A stretch of 64,000 nt of DNA. Source: Mantamonas sphyraenae STR306. Its lineage: Eukaryota > Protista > CRuMs. Location: positions 124,001 to 188,000 of the forward strand of contig JAPMXV010000061.1 in the NCBI GenBank assembly GCA_026936335.1, written 5' to 3'. Positions 33,163 to 43,808 of the stretch are shown piece after piece. The position numbers and the translations under genes are program-made. The first letter of the stretch is position 1. Each line of letters opens with the position of its first letter. The notes under the pieces were generated by a model. The model saw only the letters and a program-made list of their open reading frames with translations. It was not told where the DNA came from and did not search any database.

Positions 33163-35985
33163 TCACATAAGCCTGTACCGTGATGCGCTGGACTCATCAT
33201 TGAGGGCAAGCAGCAGCTGTCCGAGTTGCACCTTGCGGTCGTTGCTGCCCTCGCACCAGGCCACGCCGTCGTCGACTATGGCCTTGTGGAATGCACCCAG
33301 ACCTGGCAAGGAGCCATGCGGATAATCGTGCAGCCAAGCGTCGGGTAGGGTGTGAATGCAAGCCTCGGCAATGGCATGCAGGTCGTCAAAGCTGCAGCAG
33401 GCGGCCATGTACGGTGCAAGCATGCCTGACATGATGCGTGCCACGCAGATGTCCATCAAGGCGGGACGAGGCAAAAGTTCGTGCCACGCACACAGGGCAG
33501 ACAGCAGTGCAATGAGAAAGTGCACGTGTTGGTCTTGAAACTGTCTGGCCTGGGCATCCTGCACGCCGCCCTGAACGTCCACAAACACGGGGAAACACAG
33601 CTGATCCAACGTGTCACGTACTCGCTGCACCACAATGCTGATGCAGCCCTGGTACGCCGCGTGTTGCGCAGGCACGTACAGTTGCACCTGGTGCAGCAGG
33701 TCACGTGCACGTGCATGGCCTGCCACACTCATTGGATCCCAGATGTGTTGCAGAGCAAACGACACTCGTGGCAGCACCACGTTTTCCACCAAATTGGGGA
33801 TGAGTCTGCGATCCACGTCGTCCTCCCCAACATTCTGCTGCTGCTGCTGCTGCTGCCCATCATCCTCACCACTCTGTGTACTTGGGTTGCCATACTCCCA
33901 CAGCTCGGCGTGCCAGGGCATCTCAAAGAACGGTTCGTCCTGCAGTGGATTCCACAGGGCCATTTGCTGCCGCACGTACGGCGCCACCAGCGTCGGCACA
34001 CTCATTCCTGCATACGCATCCGCGTACGCCTTGGCTCGCGTGGCCTTCCACGCCTCAAACCGACCCTTGATCACACCCAGCTGGGAAAACTCGTCGGCGG
34101 CGTCGTCAAACACGTGTGCCAATCGCTCCTGCAACGCCTCTCGCTCCTGCACCAACGAAGCCGTCTCGTTCGCCATGTGTGCTTCCAACGTCGACCAGTC
34201 ACACAGCAGCAGCGACAGAACCGATTCGTATCCTTCCCGTGCTGCGTCCTGTTCCAACTGCTCCAGTACCGACTGTCGATGCTGCTTGCGCTTCAGGCTC
34301 GTGTCCCGCCCAAACTCGTCCAGCCGTTTGCCGCCATCGCCCGGTATTTCTGTGCGCGCCGCACCGTACACGCTTTCTTCGCAGCGTTGCAACACCAGCA
34401 GAGTGAGTTCTCGTCGCATGCGATCCATGATTGTGTGTTCCTTGCGCGCAAGTTCCTGCATCCCCACTTCGATCTCCTCGATCACAGGTGCCTTTTCGTG
34501 GAGACATTCCACAAGGTCGTACACGTACTGGTGCATCGCCTCGTAGAATGCCTTTGTCTTGGTTTCCTCTTCCCTCTCCCGTGCCACGCTGTCCAGTGTG
34601 GCCTGCACTTCTCCCAACTTTTGCCGTGTCTCGGCCAGCTGCACCCGATGCACGTCGTATCTCTCCTGTGCGTTTGTCAGTGCCGCAAGCACGCCCCTTT
34701 GGATGTCCTCCACTGTGTATGCCGGTCCAAACGCATGTTCGTCCGGCGGTAGATGTGCGGGTCGTCGGGTGGCCCTCTTGGCAGTGCCTGGTCGACCCGC
34801 AACACCCGTCCTGTGGGTGCTGCCGTCGTCGCCATCCATCGATTCACTGTCGCCCGACGATGGGAGCACAGACGACACGGTGCGGTTACCCAACACCTTT
34901 GCCAGCTGTGCACGTTCAAACGCACGTTGTTCCCTGTCGTACGCCGTGTTGCCCAAATCGTCATCGTCCTCGTCGCCGTCGTCATCATTGATGTGGGGGA
35001 CACCGTACCGACCCTGGTCCACGTCCATTGCTGAGGACGACGATGATGACTGAACCTCGTACTTGCTGACATCACCCATAAACACCACGTTGTGTTGGCC
35101 CGTTCCATAGCCATCTGCAAGCACGTCCTCGTCATCGTCATCCTCACGCACCAGCCGCGAGGCATTCTTGCTGTCTGCCACCACCACCTGTCGTCGCGAG
35201 GCCTGCGACACCAGATCCCGTGTGCTTCCGCCCCTCGCTGCTGCTTCCGGCTCCCCATCCTGCCCATCCTCATGCAATGGGATGTACTCTCCGTTTGCCA
35301 CTGCCTGTCTGCGAGCCCTTTGTGCCTTGAGCTGCCTCACCGTCTCCTTGTCAGGAACCAAGGTGCCACCATCACCACCACCGTCCAACCCCACGATGGT
35401 GGCCCCCTCCAACTCATCCAACATGGCATCCTCCGCATCTCCATCCTCCTGATTTGCGTGCACCTGAAATGGGGTGGCCGCCGTGGACGTCACCGTCTCT
35501 TGCCGCAACTGCCGCAACCGATCCGCCGTGTACTCCCCCGCCCGTGAGCCGTACGCCGTAGCCCCGGCCGACGCCGCGCTGCTCACGCCCGTGTGTTCAT
35601 AAATACGCGTGGGGCGTGCCATGCTCTTCCGACTTCGCTTGCGCTTGTTGCGCCGGTCTTTGATTTTCCTGGCCATTGCACTGACGTCCACCTCCTCGCC
35701 TTCTTCCTCCTCGCCGTCCTCCTCCTCCTCCACCACGTCTTGTGCATTGTCCTGCGCCCCACCCTGTGCATGTGCCTGGCCATTGTTCAGCCCACCACCA
35801 CGCCACCTGTGTGTCATCGTCCTCTCCGTGGCCCCGTCTTCAGCGCGCCCAACTTCCGTCGCCTTCCCCTTGGCGGCCGACTCGGTCTCCATCACATCCT
35901 CATCCTCCTCTTCCAGGGCCACCACCGCTGCCACCCGCTTCCTGCGATGATTCTTTTTGGCCGATCGCCGTTGGAACGTGGCCAT
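33163..35985 (-). CDS. GCFC2/PAXBP1 (NTR2-like) spliceosome disassembly factor
   Basis: YTADRLRQLR, EYIPL, SRLVREDDD, YVYDLVECLHEKAPVIEE, VFDDAADEFS..IKGRFE.WK...Y.DAY and WNPL. Confidence 0.9.
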   Translation of the reverse strand: MATFQRRSAKKNHRRKRVAAVVALEEEDEDVMETESAAKGKATEVGRAEDGATERTMTHRWRGGGLNNGQAHAQGGAQDNAQDVVEEEEDGEEEEGEEVDVSAMARKIKDRRNKRKRSRKSMARPTRIYEHTGVSSAASAGATAYGSRAGEYTADRLRQLRQETVTSTAATPFQVHANQEDGDAEDAMLDELEGATIVGLDGGGDGGTLVPDKETVRQLKAQRARRQAVANGEYIPLHEDGQDGEPEAAARGGSTRDLVSQASRRQVVVADSKNASRLVREDDDDEDVLADGYGTGQHNVVFMGDVSKYEVQSSSSSSAMDVDQGRYGVPHINDDDGDEDDDDLGNTAYDREQRAFERAQLAKVLGNRTVSSVLPSSGDSESMDGDDGSTHRTGVAGRPGTAKRATRRPAHLPPDEHAFGPAYTVEDIQRGVLAALTNAQERYDVHRVQLAETRQKLGEVQATLDSVAREREEETKTKAFYEAMHQYVYDLVECLHEKAPVIEEIEVGMQELARKEHTIMDRMRRELTLLVLQRCEESVYGAARTEIPGDGGKRLDEFGRDTSLKRKQHRQSVLEQLEQDAAREGYESVLSLLLCDWSTLEAHMANETASLVQEREALQERLAHVFDDAADEFSQLGVIKGRFEAWKATRAKAYADAYAGMSVPTLVAPYVRQQMALWNPLQDEPFFEMPWHAELWEYGNPSTQSGEDDGQQQQQQQNVGEDDVDRRLIPNLVENVVLPRVSFALQHIWDPMSVAGHARARDLLHQVQLYVPAQHAAYQGCISIVVQRVRDTLDQLCFPVFVDVQGGVQDAQARQFQDQHVHFLIALLSALCAWHELLPRPALMDICVARIMSGMLAPYMAACCSFDDLHAIAEACIHTLPDAWLHDYPHGSLPGLGAFHKAIVDDGVAWCEGSNDRKVQLGQLLLALNDESSASRYRLM

Positions 35986-36060
35986 CCAACAATGGTCGTT
36001 GCAGCTGTGTTGGCTGCGCCGTCGCCCCCAGCAGCAAACCACCGCGTAGCAGGGACCCCA

Positions 36061-39000
36061 ATGGACCACAAACAGGCCCTTCTCGAACTGGAGGAGGCGT
36101 GTGATCTCTCCAACAATCCGGTACGTTCTGCAAACCGTGGTCGCATGGTGTTTGTTCTGCCCACCGTGCGTGTGTGCGACGTCTGTGCGCCAGCTGCGAG
36201 TTTGGCGCTCATCATCCGAATCTTGTTCCGAAACACACACACACACGCACACACAGAAGCACCGAGAGGAGGCGGAACAGACCCTCCTGGACTTTGTCAG
36301 CAGCGAGGGTCCCTATGATCTGTGCTGTTACCTTTTGGGTAGGTTGAGTGGTGTGCGTGTGGCCGTGTGAGTGGCGAGCACGCATTCCCGACCGCCGCCC
36401 AAGCGGCGGACAGACATCAGGAACGGCCCACAGACGGCTAACACGCGTGTGCACACCGTCGTGCGTTGACCCCACACAGACAACACGTCGAATTTCCAGC
36501 TCCAGCTGTATGCCAACAAGGCACTGCGCACTGCTCTGGTGCGTGAGTGGCCCACACTCGACGAAGACGTTGTCAACGATCTTGTGACGTTCCTGCTGGA
36601 TTGGCTCACGGCGCACTACAACGAGTACGTTGAGGCACAAAGGCACGCCGAGTGGTCCACAAGAGACACGGGCGTGCGCTTGGCGCCATCCGGGGCATGC
36701 GGATGCGCATGGTGTGCGCTATGCGCCGCACAGGCGCAGCCCGAAGAAGTGGAGTGTGTGAGTTGAGCGTTGAGCGTTGAGCGTGCTGACAGACGCGTGC
36801 GCGCGTGGCAAACCACAGAGTGCACCCAAAGGCAGGGTTTGCCGTGATCACAACCCTGGTGATTATTGTGAAGCGGGCGTGGATGGATGCAGAGTGGATG
36901 CGCAAGAAGCTTCTGGATCAGGTGGAAGACTTGTTGGAGGAGATGCCCGAGGTGGCGTTGAAGTTTATGCTTGCCTTTGTGCGTGAGCTGGGCTCCAACT
37001 ACGCCACTCAGGTGGGTCTCACCTGGGAGTTCCACTACGATTGCAGGGTGAGCTTCGAGCAGAACGAACTCAAGGACATCTTTGAGCTCGCCGTGCGCTA
37101 TGTGCGCACACAACTCGAATCCGGCGGCGGCGGCGGCGGCGGCAACAACAAGCAGCAGGGCAAACAGGCCAACAAACACACCCGGATGGCTGTGGAGGTC
37201 ATCCACGAAGTGCTCATTTGGGAATTTGTGGCCACCTCGGCTGACGCTCTGAACGACATGAAGATGCGCGGCATCGGCTCCACCGGACCCTACCTCAGTT
37301 CCAACCTGATCCGACCCGACCCGGGCTGGGACTCGCTTCTCCTCAGCGCCGACTTTCTCGATCTCGTGCGCTCCTTTGTCATGGATGACCAGGAGGAACC
37401 GCTGGCTCGGCAAATTCTCATCCAAATGGCCTCCATCACGGGGCCCATCTTTCGCGACGAGGCGGCAAAGCTGGAGTACGTAGACATGCTGCTCAACTGT
37501 CTCTTTGACATCTTGGAGCATGTGGACGAGTTTGCCAACGAGATGCTGTTGGACATGTGCGAGCTGCTGTACCGGTTTGTGAGCAACTTCAAGCTGGGCG
37601 TGCTGTCGCACCACAGCCTGGAGGGCGCCTTTGGCGACTTGATGATGGCTTTGTTGGCAGTGACGCAACGGTGCTTGGCGGACGTGGACGAACAGCTGGA
37701 GTGGGAGAACGAGGAGGACCGGCAGGAGCGTGAGAAGCTGCAGCTGGAGGCGTTTGACTACGCCATGGATGCGTGGGGTGCGCTCGTGCCTGTGCGCATC
37801 CAATCGCTGGATGATGTGTCGTTTATGTACGAACACGCCAGCGAACTGGTGCAATTGTATGTACAGAAGCGGCTTTCGTTGGCGCTGAAGACGGTGCACG
37901 ACGAGTACGACGCACAGGCGGAGGAGATGGAGGACAAGTCGCTGCTCAGTGACCAATTGACGGCAGTGGCCAACATTGGACGCGTGTGTCCACAGGTCAC
38001 TCTGGAACTGCTCGGCGAACGGCTGGAATCGCAGGCGGAGCGGTGGAAGGCGTTGTATGACGAGTGTGCGGAACACGGCCTGGGCGACGAGGAAGTGGAG
38101 CTGGCCCTGGTGGAGTTGCACGAAGAGATGTTTTGGACCATCAAAATGATTGGGTATGTGATGGCAGACGATCCCGAGGGGGAGAAGTTGCAGGTGCCCG
38201 TGGGACCCATGCTTCTCTCGTGCATGTTTAGCGACGAGTGCGAAGACGGCGAAGAGGCCAACGAGCCACTGTTTGTGGCCAGCAATGCCGTGTTCCGCCT
38301 CGTGGACATGGTGCACGACGTGTTGCACGAGGACAACCTGGAGGTGCGTGCGGGCCTCCTCAGTCCCCTGGTGGGTGAGACCCTGCTGTGGTTTCTGGAA
38401 CGGTGGGCACACACATACCTGCTGCTGAACGAAAACGACTACAAGTCGGCGCAGGTGTCCACGGCGCTGCTGTACAATGTGGGTGTGGATTCGCCCAACG
38501 AGGAGCAACTGGTGGACTTTCTGCTCACCACCGTGCTGGACGTGGCTCGCTTCTGGTCGGACCAGGTGGAGGTCATGACGGCTGCGAGCACGTTGCTGCT
38601 GGCACTGGGCGAAAACAAGGCAGTGCGAAGCCACGCCATGCGCAGCGACGTGTGGGTCGAGCTGGTGAGCGCGCCAGGGAACCTCGAGTCGTACTTTGGC
38701 ACGATTGTGGGCGAAAACAGGCGTCGCATGGTGCAGGCGATGTTTTGCATGGGCTTTGCAAGCAGCACGGCGCAGGACGAGGTGGTGGCAGAGGAGTACT
38801 TTGGCAGCATTGCCCAGCCGTCGCTGGACCGGTTGCTGGACATTGTGCAGGACCGGGATTTCGAGGCACGCAGCCATGAGGTGGGCATCATCAGCGATGT
38901 GGTGCTGGTGATTGAACTCATGCAGGGTGTGGTACGTGCGCGAGGCAGCGAGCGCATGGCAAACTTTGTCTTTGGCTTTGTGGCACAGTTTTTTGAGCCG

Positions 39001-40017
39001 TTTGAGCAGCTGATGGGCCATTACGCAGACGAGACACAGGTGGTCATTGAGTTGCTCACGTTTTACCGCGATCTGACGCGTGCGCAGCTGGAATTGCTGG
39101 ACAAGGAGAACTGTGCGCAGCTGTACGGGTCGGTGATGCGTGTGCTGGATACGTATGCGCAACACGACATTGCCAGTGGGTCGGTACAGGATCTGCTGGA
39201 GAATGACAGGGAGGAGGAGCGGTGCAGGGACATCTTGCTGTTGATTGAGTTGCTGTCGCACCTGCCCATCAAGGACTTTCTGGATTGGTCGCAGGAGGTG
39301 CGTGTGCACCACAGCAAGTATGATGTGGAGGTGGAGGTGAGTGAGGTGGTGCTTGCGGGCTTGCAACTGCTGATCCCGCTGATTTCGGAGGAGCTGCTTG
39401 CGTTTCCAGAGATGCGGTCGGGCTTCTTCAAACTGGTGGGCTTCACGGTGGAGCAGTACCCGGAGCGTGTGGCACGCCTGGACGTGGAACAGTTCCAGTC
39501 GTTGATGCAGGCGCTGAGCTTCGGCGTGGGCTTCCACGACAACAACATCGCCAAGAGCAGCCTTGAGGCGGTGAGCGAGCTGGCCCTGTACCACTACCGC
39601 TGCGTGTATGTGGGCGTCCATGATGAGGACGATGATGGTCTGAACGAACACCTGGCAGCGGACGACCGCACCCTGTGGCGGTTCATGCGACAGCTGGGCG
39701 AGCTGATGCTGTTTGAAGAATTCCAGAGCGATCTGCTGCGGCAAGTGTCGGACACGTTTGTGTCGCTGCTGTTTGCCGAGGTCGGGGTGCTGGCTGACGA
39801 CGGCGGGTGGAACGCAGAGCTGGTGTTGGAGGCGTTGGTGAAACCGGATCGGCTGCGGGAGGAGCATCGAGATCGGATGTTGGAGTGTCTGCGAGAGGTG
39901 CTGGAGCATGAAGACGCCGATCCGCGCGAGGATATCACCACAGCGCGGTTTGTGAGTTTGTATCGGGTGGTCAAGGAGATGATTGTGGAGGTGCGTGCGT
40001 TTGTGAGGGCGTACTGA
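36061..40017 (+). CDS. XPO4: Exportin-4
   Basis: R..AEQ, VREW, IIVKRAW, VGLTWEFH..CR.SFEQ..L..IF and LIQMASITGPIF; three 5' introns (~36121-36256, ~36338-36479, ~36624-36818). Confidence 0.9.
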
Positions 40018-40032
40018 AGAGATTGAAGTGTT

Positions 40033-42933
40033 TTACGTGTAGATTGTCATCAACACAGCAAACAGCAACACAAGGACTGTGAGCAGCGACGGGGTTGTAC
40101 GAGTGGCGCTCGAGGCAGTGGGTGTTGCGGTAGGGGTCGGCGAAGGACTGGGAGTCGGGGTTGGCATGGGTGTGGGTTCGGCACCAGCGATCACACATTG
40201 AATCTTGACCTTGGTCGACGTCATGGAGACACAGGTGTTCTGCTGGATGGTGGACGAGGAGAACACAGTGCCGGGGCAGTTCTCCTTCTTGATGGTCCCA
40301 TCAGGGAGACAGGTGTAGCGGGTGTTGCTGACGCAGGAGCCGTTGAGCAGCAGCTCGGTGGAGAAATGAACGGAGCATGAGTTGTCCGAGAAGTGAGAGA
40401 CGTTGAGCATGGGTGTGCCTTGCGGCATGAAGCCGGGCGTGTCCAGACAGTGGAGGCGTGTGCGGTTTTGGCACACGCTCGTGATTTGGGTGAGGTTGCC
40501 GGAGCCCGTGGGAGTTCCAGTGCAATCTGCACTGTCATATCCAATGATGATGTGACTCCCCTGCGGGCTGCATCCTACCAACACGGACTGGGTCCCAATC
40601 TTGAGACAACCTCGCTGCGTGGTGACGGACGCAGCCTTGAAGTTGCACATCTTCATCTCCTCGTCGGCTTTGTGGGTGACTGGCCACTTTTTCGGGTCGA
40701 TGACAGCGTCCGCCAGGGGCGTGGAGGAGCCAGATGCCGGGGAGGTGATGGGGAAGCCTGTTCCACTTTGTAACACTAGCTGTTCCGCCAGAGCCCGGTC
40801 TTGGGAGATCGCAGTGCTCGGTATGCAGCCCACGAACGTTGAGATGTGCTCAATTTGGCTGCACTCCGTGTCGGCATACGATTCGGTTTGAAACGAGTTG
40901 CCCGTGAGTGCCCTGGCGAAACTGGTGGAGAGGGGCGAGGGCGACGAGCACTTGCCAGTCACGTGAGCAACCTTGGAAGCTTTGCTTGCAAACGCCGGCA
41001 TCTGCGCCGTGGTGGGGCAACGTCCCGTCGGAGACACACCGTAGATGGCCAGGGCGACGCCACCGGTCTCGACTTGGGTCTTTGAGCATCCACTTGTGAT
41101 CGACCTGGTGGTGGGCTGTGAGAAAGGCACACAGGAGTTGGGCACGGGAAGGGTCGAGTTGAACAGCGGGGCACCTTGGCACAGGTCGTTGTCGTACACG
41201 AACGTGGATTGCCACCCATCGGCTGTGCATGCGGTCACGCGACGGTTGCTGCAGGCGGTGACAGGGTCAGGCGAATTCTGCGAAATGAAAGCGTACGAAG
41301 AGCAATTGGTGGAGGGGCTCAGGGCTTGGAAGGTGCCAAAGGCATCTTCGGTGGCAGGCTGTGACGGGACGGCCAGCTCACTGGCGTTCCTGGGCCAGCC
41401 CTGGGGCGAGCAAAACAGCACGGTGGGAGATGTGGTTGTGCATGTGTCCACAAGCACGTGGTATCCAGTGCATTGGGAGTCGTAGTACTGCTTCTTGACG
41501 CCCACACCGTTGATGCATTCGTACTTGATGAACGAGTTGCACTCGCCGATCTTGTGAACGGCAACAACGGTGGAGGTGTTCTTCAGCGGCATGAGACGCA
41601 TGCTGCACCTGTCAGCTGGCACCGGCACCTCAAGGACCACGGGAGAGGAGATGCGAGGTTTGTCGACGACCGTGTTCTGCAGATCAAACGGGAACGAGGC
41701 GTTTGTGCAATATCTCCACGATGTGCCGCTACTGAAGTAGTCCGTGGTGGTCACGGGTGTTCCAGAGCAGGATGGGTTCTGGTAAAAGCTGTACGACGGG
41801 TTGCCGTCGGTGCACATCCACATGCGACTGGCTGCGGAGTTGAGCATTTCACACTGGTTCAGCTTGATGACCTTTGTCACTTCCAACAGTTTCTGCCCAG
41901 TGGGAACGGGCTTAAGGAAGCGATCGAGTACGTTGGACGTCATGGCAGGGACTTCCAAGATGAGCGGACCGGACATCCCGGGGTTTCCGCATGCGTAAGG
42001 ACGGATGGACAGGGTCCCACTGCCCAAACACTGGCCCTGTGCGTGACTGGTCGTGTTGTATGTGGGGACGACAGAAGTCTGCGTGGGCATGCCCGAGCAC
42101 TGCGCATTGGCAAATGATTCGGTGGCCACAAAGCCGTCGGCAAGGCAACGTTTGCGTTGGAAAGTGGCCGATGTGCAGGTGCGGATGTCGATCTGCGAAG
42201 GCTCGCCGTTGCATTGGGTGTTTGTGTACCATGTGACCTGGTAGCTGTAGGACGTGGTGGTGTTCAGGGCCGGTGTTTGCTTCGAGGCGAGGACAAATCG
42301 GGGTCCCACGCCTGTGCCACACTGAAAGGTATGAGAGTTCGGAGAGGCACATTCATCCAGAGCAGTGGCAGACAAAACAGTGCCACTGCACGCGCCTGCC
42401 GAGTGGAGGATCTGAAAGGGGTAGCCACGATCGCAGGCGTAGCTGGCCTGGGCGTTGGATGGGCACCAATGCCGCGGATTGTGGTACACTGCACTGGACG
42501 CAGTGAGGTTGCGTTCGTTGCAAGGTACGGCTGACGGGAAGACCATTTGGCGCACATTCTCCTGGCTGGTGACAAACCCGCAATCCTGCGTGGTTGTTGT
42601 GGCCAGCGACGATGGCGACAGAGTGGTGCAAGTGGAGAACGAGTTTGGCTGCGGAGACAATGGTCCTACAGACGCGGAGCACGTGTTGCCAAAGGAGACC
42701 GTGGCGACGGCAGTGGTGTTGAAACACATTGTTGACGAAACGCTGCATCGCGGGCCGGCAGTGGACTGGCTGAACAGCCAGGTTCCGTTGCAACCACTCC
42801 CGTCAAAATAGTGATAAAGGCTCGGGGCCAGATTGTCCACACTTGTGGTGGCGATAGCGCTGTGTGCACACACAAGAGCGCACAGAACGAGGAAAACCTT
42901 TGTCCGAATTTCCATTTTCGGCTGCAGCGGCAT
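40033..42933 (-). CDS. Cysteine-rich, probably GPI-anchored cell-surface protein
   Basis: Signal peptide; about 10 copies of a Y/F-x3-C-x-G-x-P motif; PT-rich stalk; hydrophobic C-terminus. Confidence 0.8.
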   Translation of the reverse strand: MPLQPKMEIRTKVFLVLCALVCAHSAIATTSVDNLAPSLYHYFDGSGCNGTWLFSQSTAGPRCSVSSTMCFNTTAVATVSFGNTCSASVGPLSPQPNSFSTCTTLSPSSLATTTTQDCGFVTSQENVRQMVFPSAVPCNERNLTASSAVYHNPRHWCPSNAQASYACDRGYPFQILHSAGACSGTVLSATALDECASPNSHTFQCGTGVGPRFVLASKQTPALNTTTSYSYQVTWYTNTQCNGEPSQIDIRTCTSATFQRKRCLADGFVATESFANAQCSGMPTQTSVVPTYNTTSHAQGQCLGSGTLSIRPYACGNPGMSGPLILEVPAMTSNVLDRFLKPVPTGQKLLEVTKVIKLNQCEMLNSAASRMWMCTDGNPSYSFYQNPSCSGTPVTTTDYFSSGTSWRYCTNASFPFDLQNTVVDKPRISSPVVLEVPVPADRCSMRLMPLKNTSTVVAVHKIGECNSFIKYECINGVGVKKQYYDSQCTGYHVLVDTCTTTSPTVLFCSPQGWPRNASELAVPSQPATEDAFGTFQALSPSTNCSSYAFISQNSPDPVTACSNRRVTACTADGWQSTFVYDNDLCQGAPLFNSTLPVPNSCVPFSQPTTRSITSGCSKTQVETGGVALAIYGVSPTGRCPTTAQMPAFASKASKVAHVTGKCSSPSPLSTSFARALTGNSFQTESYADTECSQIEHISTFVGCIPSTAISQDRALAEQLVLQSGTGFPITSPASGSSTPLADAVIDPKKWPVTHKADEEMKMCNFKAASVTTQRGCLKIGTQSVLVGCSPQGSHIIIGYDSADCTGTPTGSGNLTQITSVCQNRTRLHCLDTPGFMPQGTPMLNVSHFSDNSCSVHFSTELLLNGSCVSNTRYTCLPDGTIKKENCPGTVFSSSTIQQNTCVSMTSTKVKIQCVIAGAEPTPMPTPTPSPSPTPTATPTASSATRTTPSLLTVLVLLFAVLMTIYT

Positions 42934-43149
42934 GGAGTTTGCGGTCGTCCATTGTCGGGAGAAAAAGGTGTGTCAGCCGAGGTTGTTGCACTTTCCCTCT
43001 TTTCTGTTGTTGTGGTGCTGAGGCAGCAAGAGAGGAAAGGCATGCGGGTGCCGAAGGTTGGTCGTGGGGGGAGGTTTGCACGCGCGTGTGGGGAGAACGG
43101 AGAGGGAGAGTTTGCGTCCCCACACGCGAAAACCAAGCATAGAAGGTGC

Positions 43150-43400
43150 TGGCGGGCCGGCATCACGGATGCCATGGAAGTGGGGTGTTGTGGCGCCCAA
43201 ACGCAGGTTGGGCTGTGCGCCGTACTGCAGCAGCAGTGCAGCCACGTGTGCGTGGCCGTAGTACGCCGCCGTGTGCAGCGCACTCTGTCCGTACCGTGAG
43301 CACGGCGCAGGTTCATGGCACCCGTTTCTGCGAGTCGATACACGAAGTGGAGATGGGTGCCATGATGACAGTCGAACTCACGTCGAGTGGTTTTCAAGTG
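43150..43400 (-). pseudogene. Degenerate ankyrin-repeat fragment
   Basis: GQSALHTAAYYGHAHVAALLLQYGAQPNL, with the preceding repeat remnant (HGTHLHFVYRLAETGA) in another frame. Confidence 0.5.
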
Positions 43401-43808
43401 GTGGAAATGTCGCGATTGCGCTGGGAGAGGCCGGGAAAAATCCAGCGCCAGCGCTCAACCACAACATGACCACCCATTGCTCCCCACCCCACACCAAGTA
43501 CACATACCTGTGTTCCAACTTCACACTTCACAGACAACAATGATTACGTGCAGCAGGGAGTGCACACAACCAGCGCGCACCGCGTGCCACCCAACAGATC
43601 CCCCACTGCCACACCCCCGTCACTGTTGCTCCTTCTGAGAGGCCCCGTCCATCCATCCCATGGGGCCATGGATGGGCGAATGTGCTTGTGTCTGTGGATG
43701 CGCCACGGCAGCCAACGACAACAGCGTGCGATGCCAGTCTGCGGGATCTCGTGGGAGAACGCAGACGACGTGATCGACCCGGCACAGAAAGGGGACGGGT
43801 CAGGGGCG

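Noticed and set aside
36616-39909. 1097-aa antisense ORF (also 6437-8416, 8489-10411, 23353-25092, 28611-30446 and 30480-32462)
   Set aside because: These are shadow ORFs opposite real genes, expected with high GC3 codon bias; they have H/L/V/Q-rich composition and no motifs.
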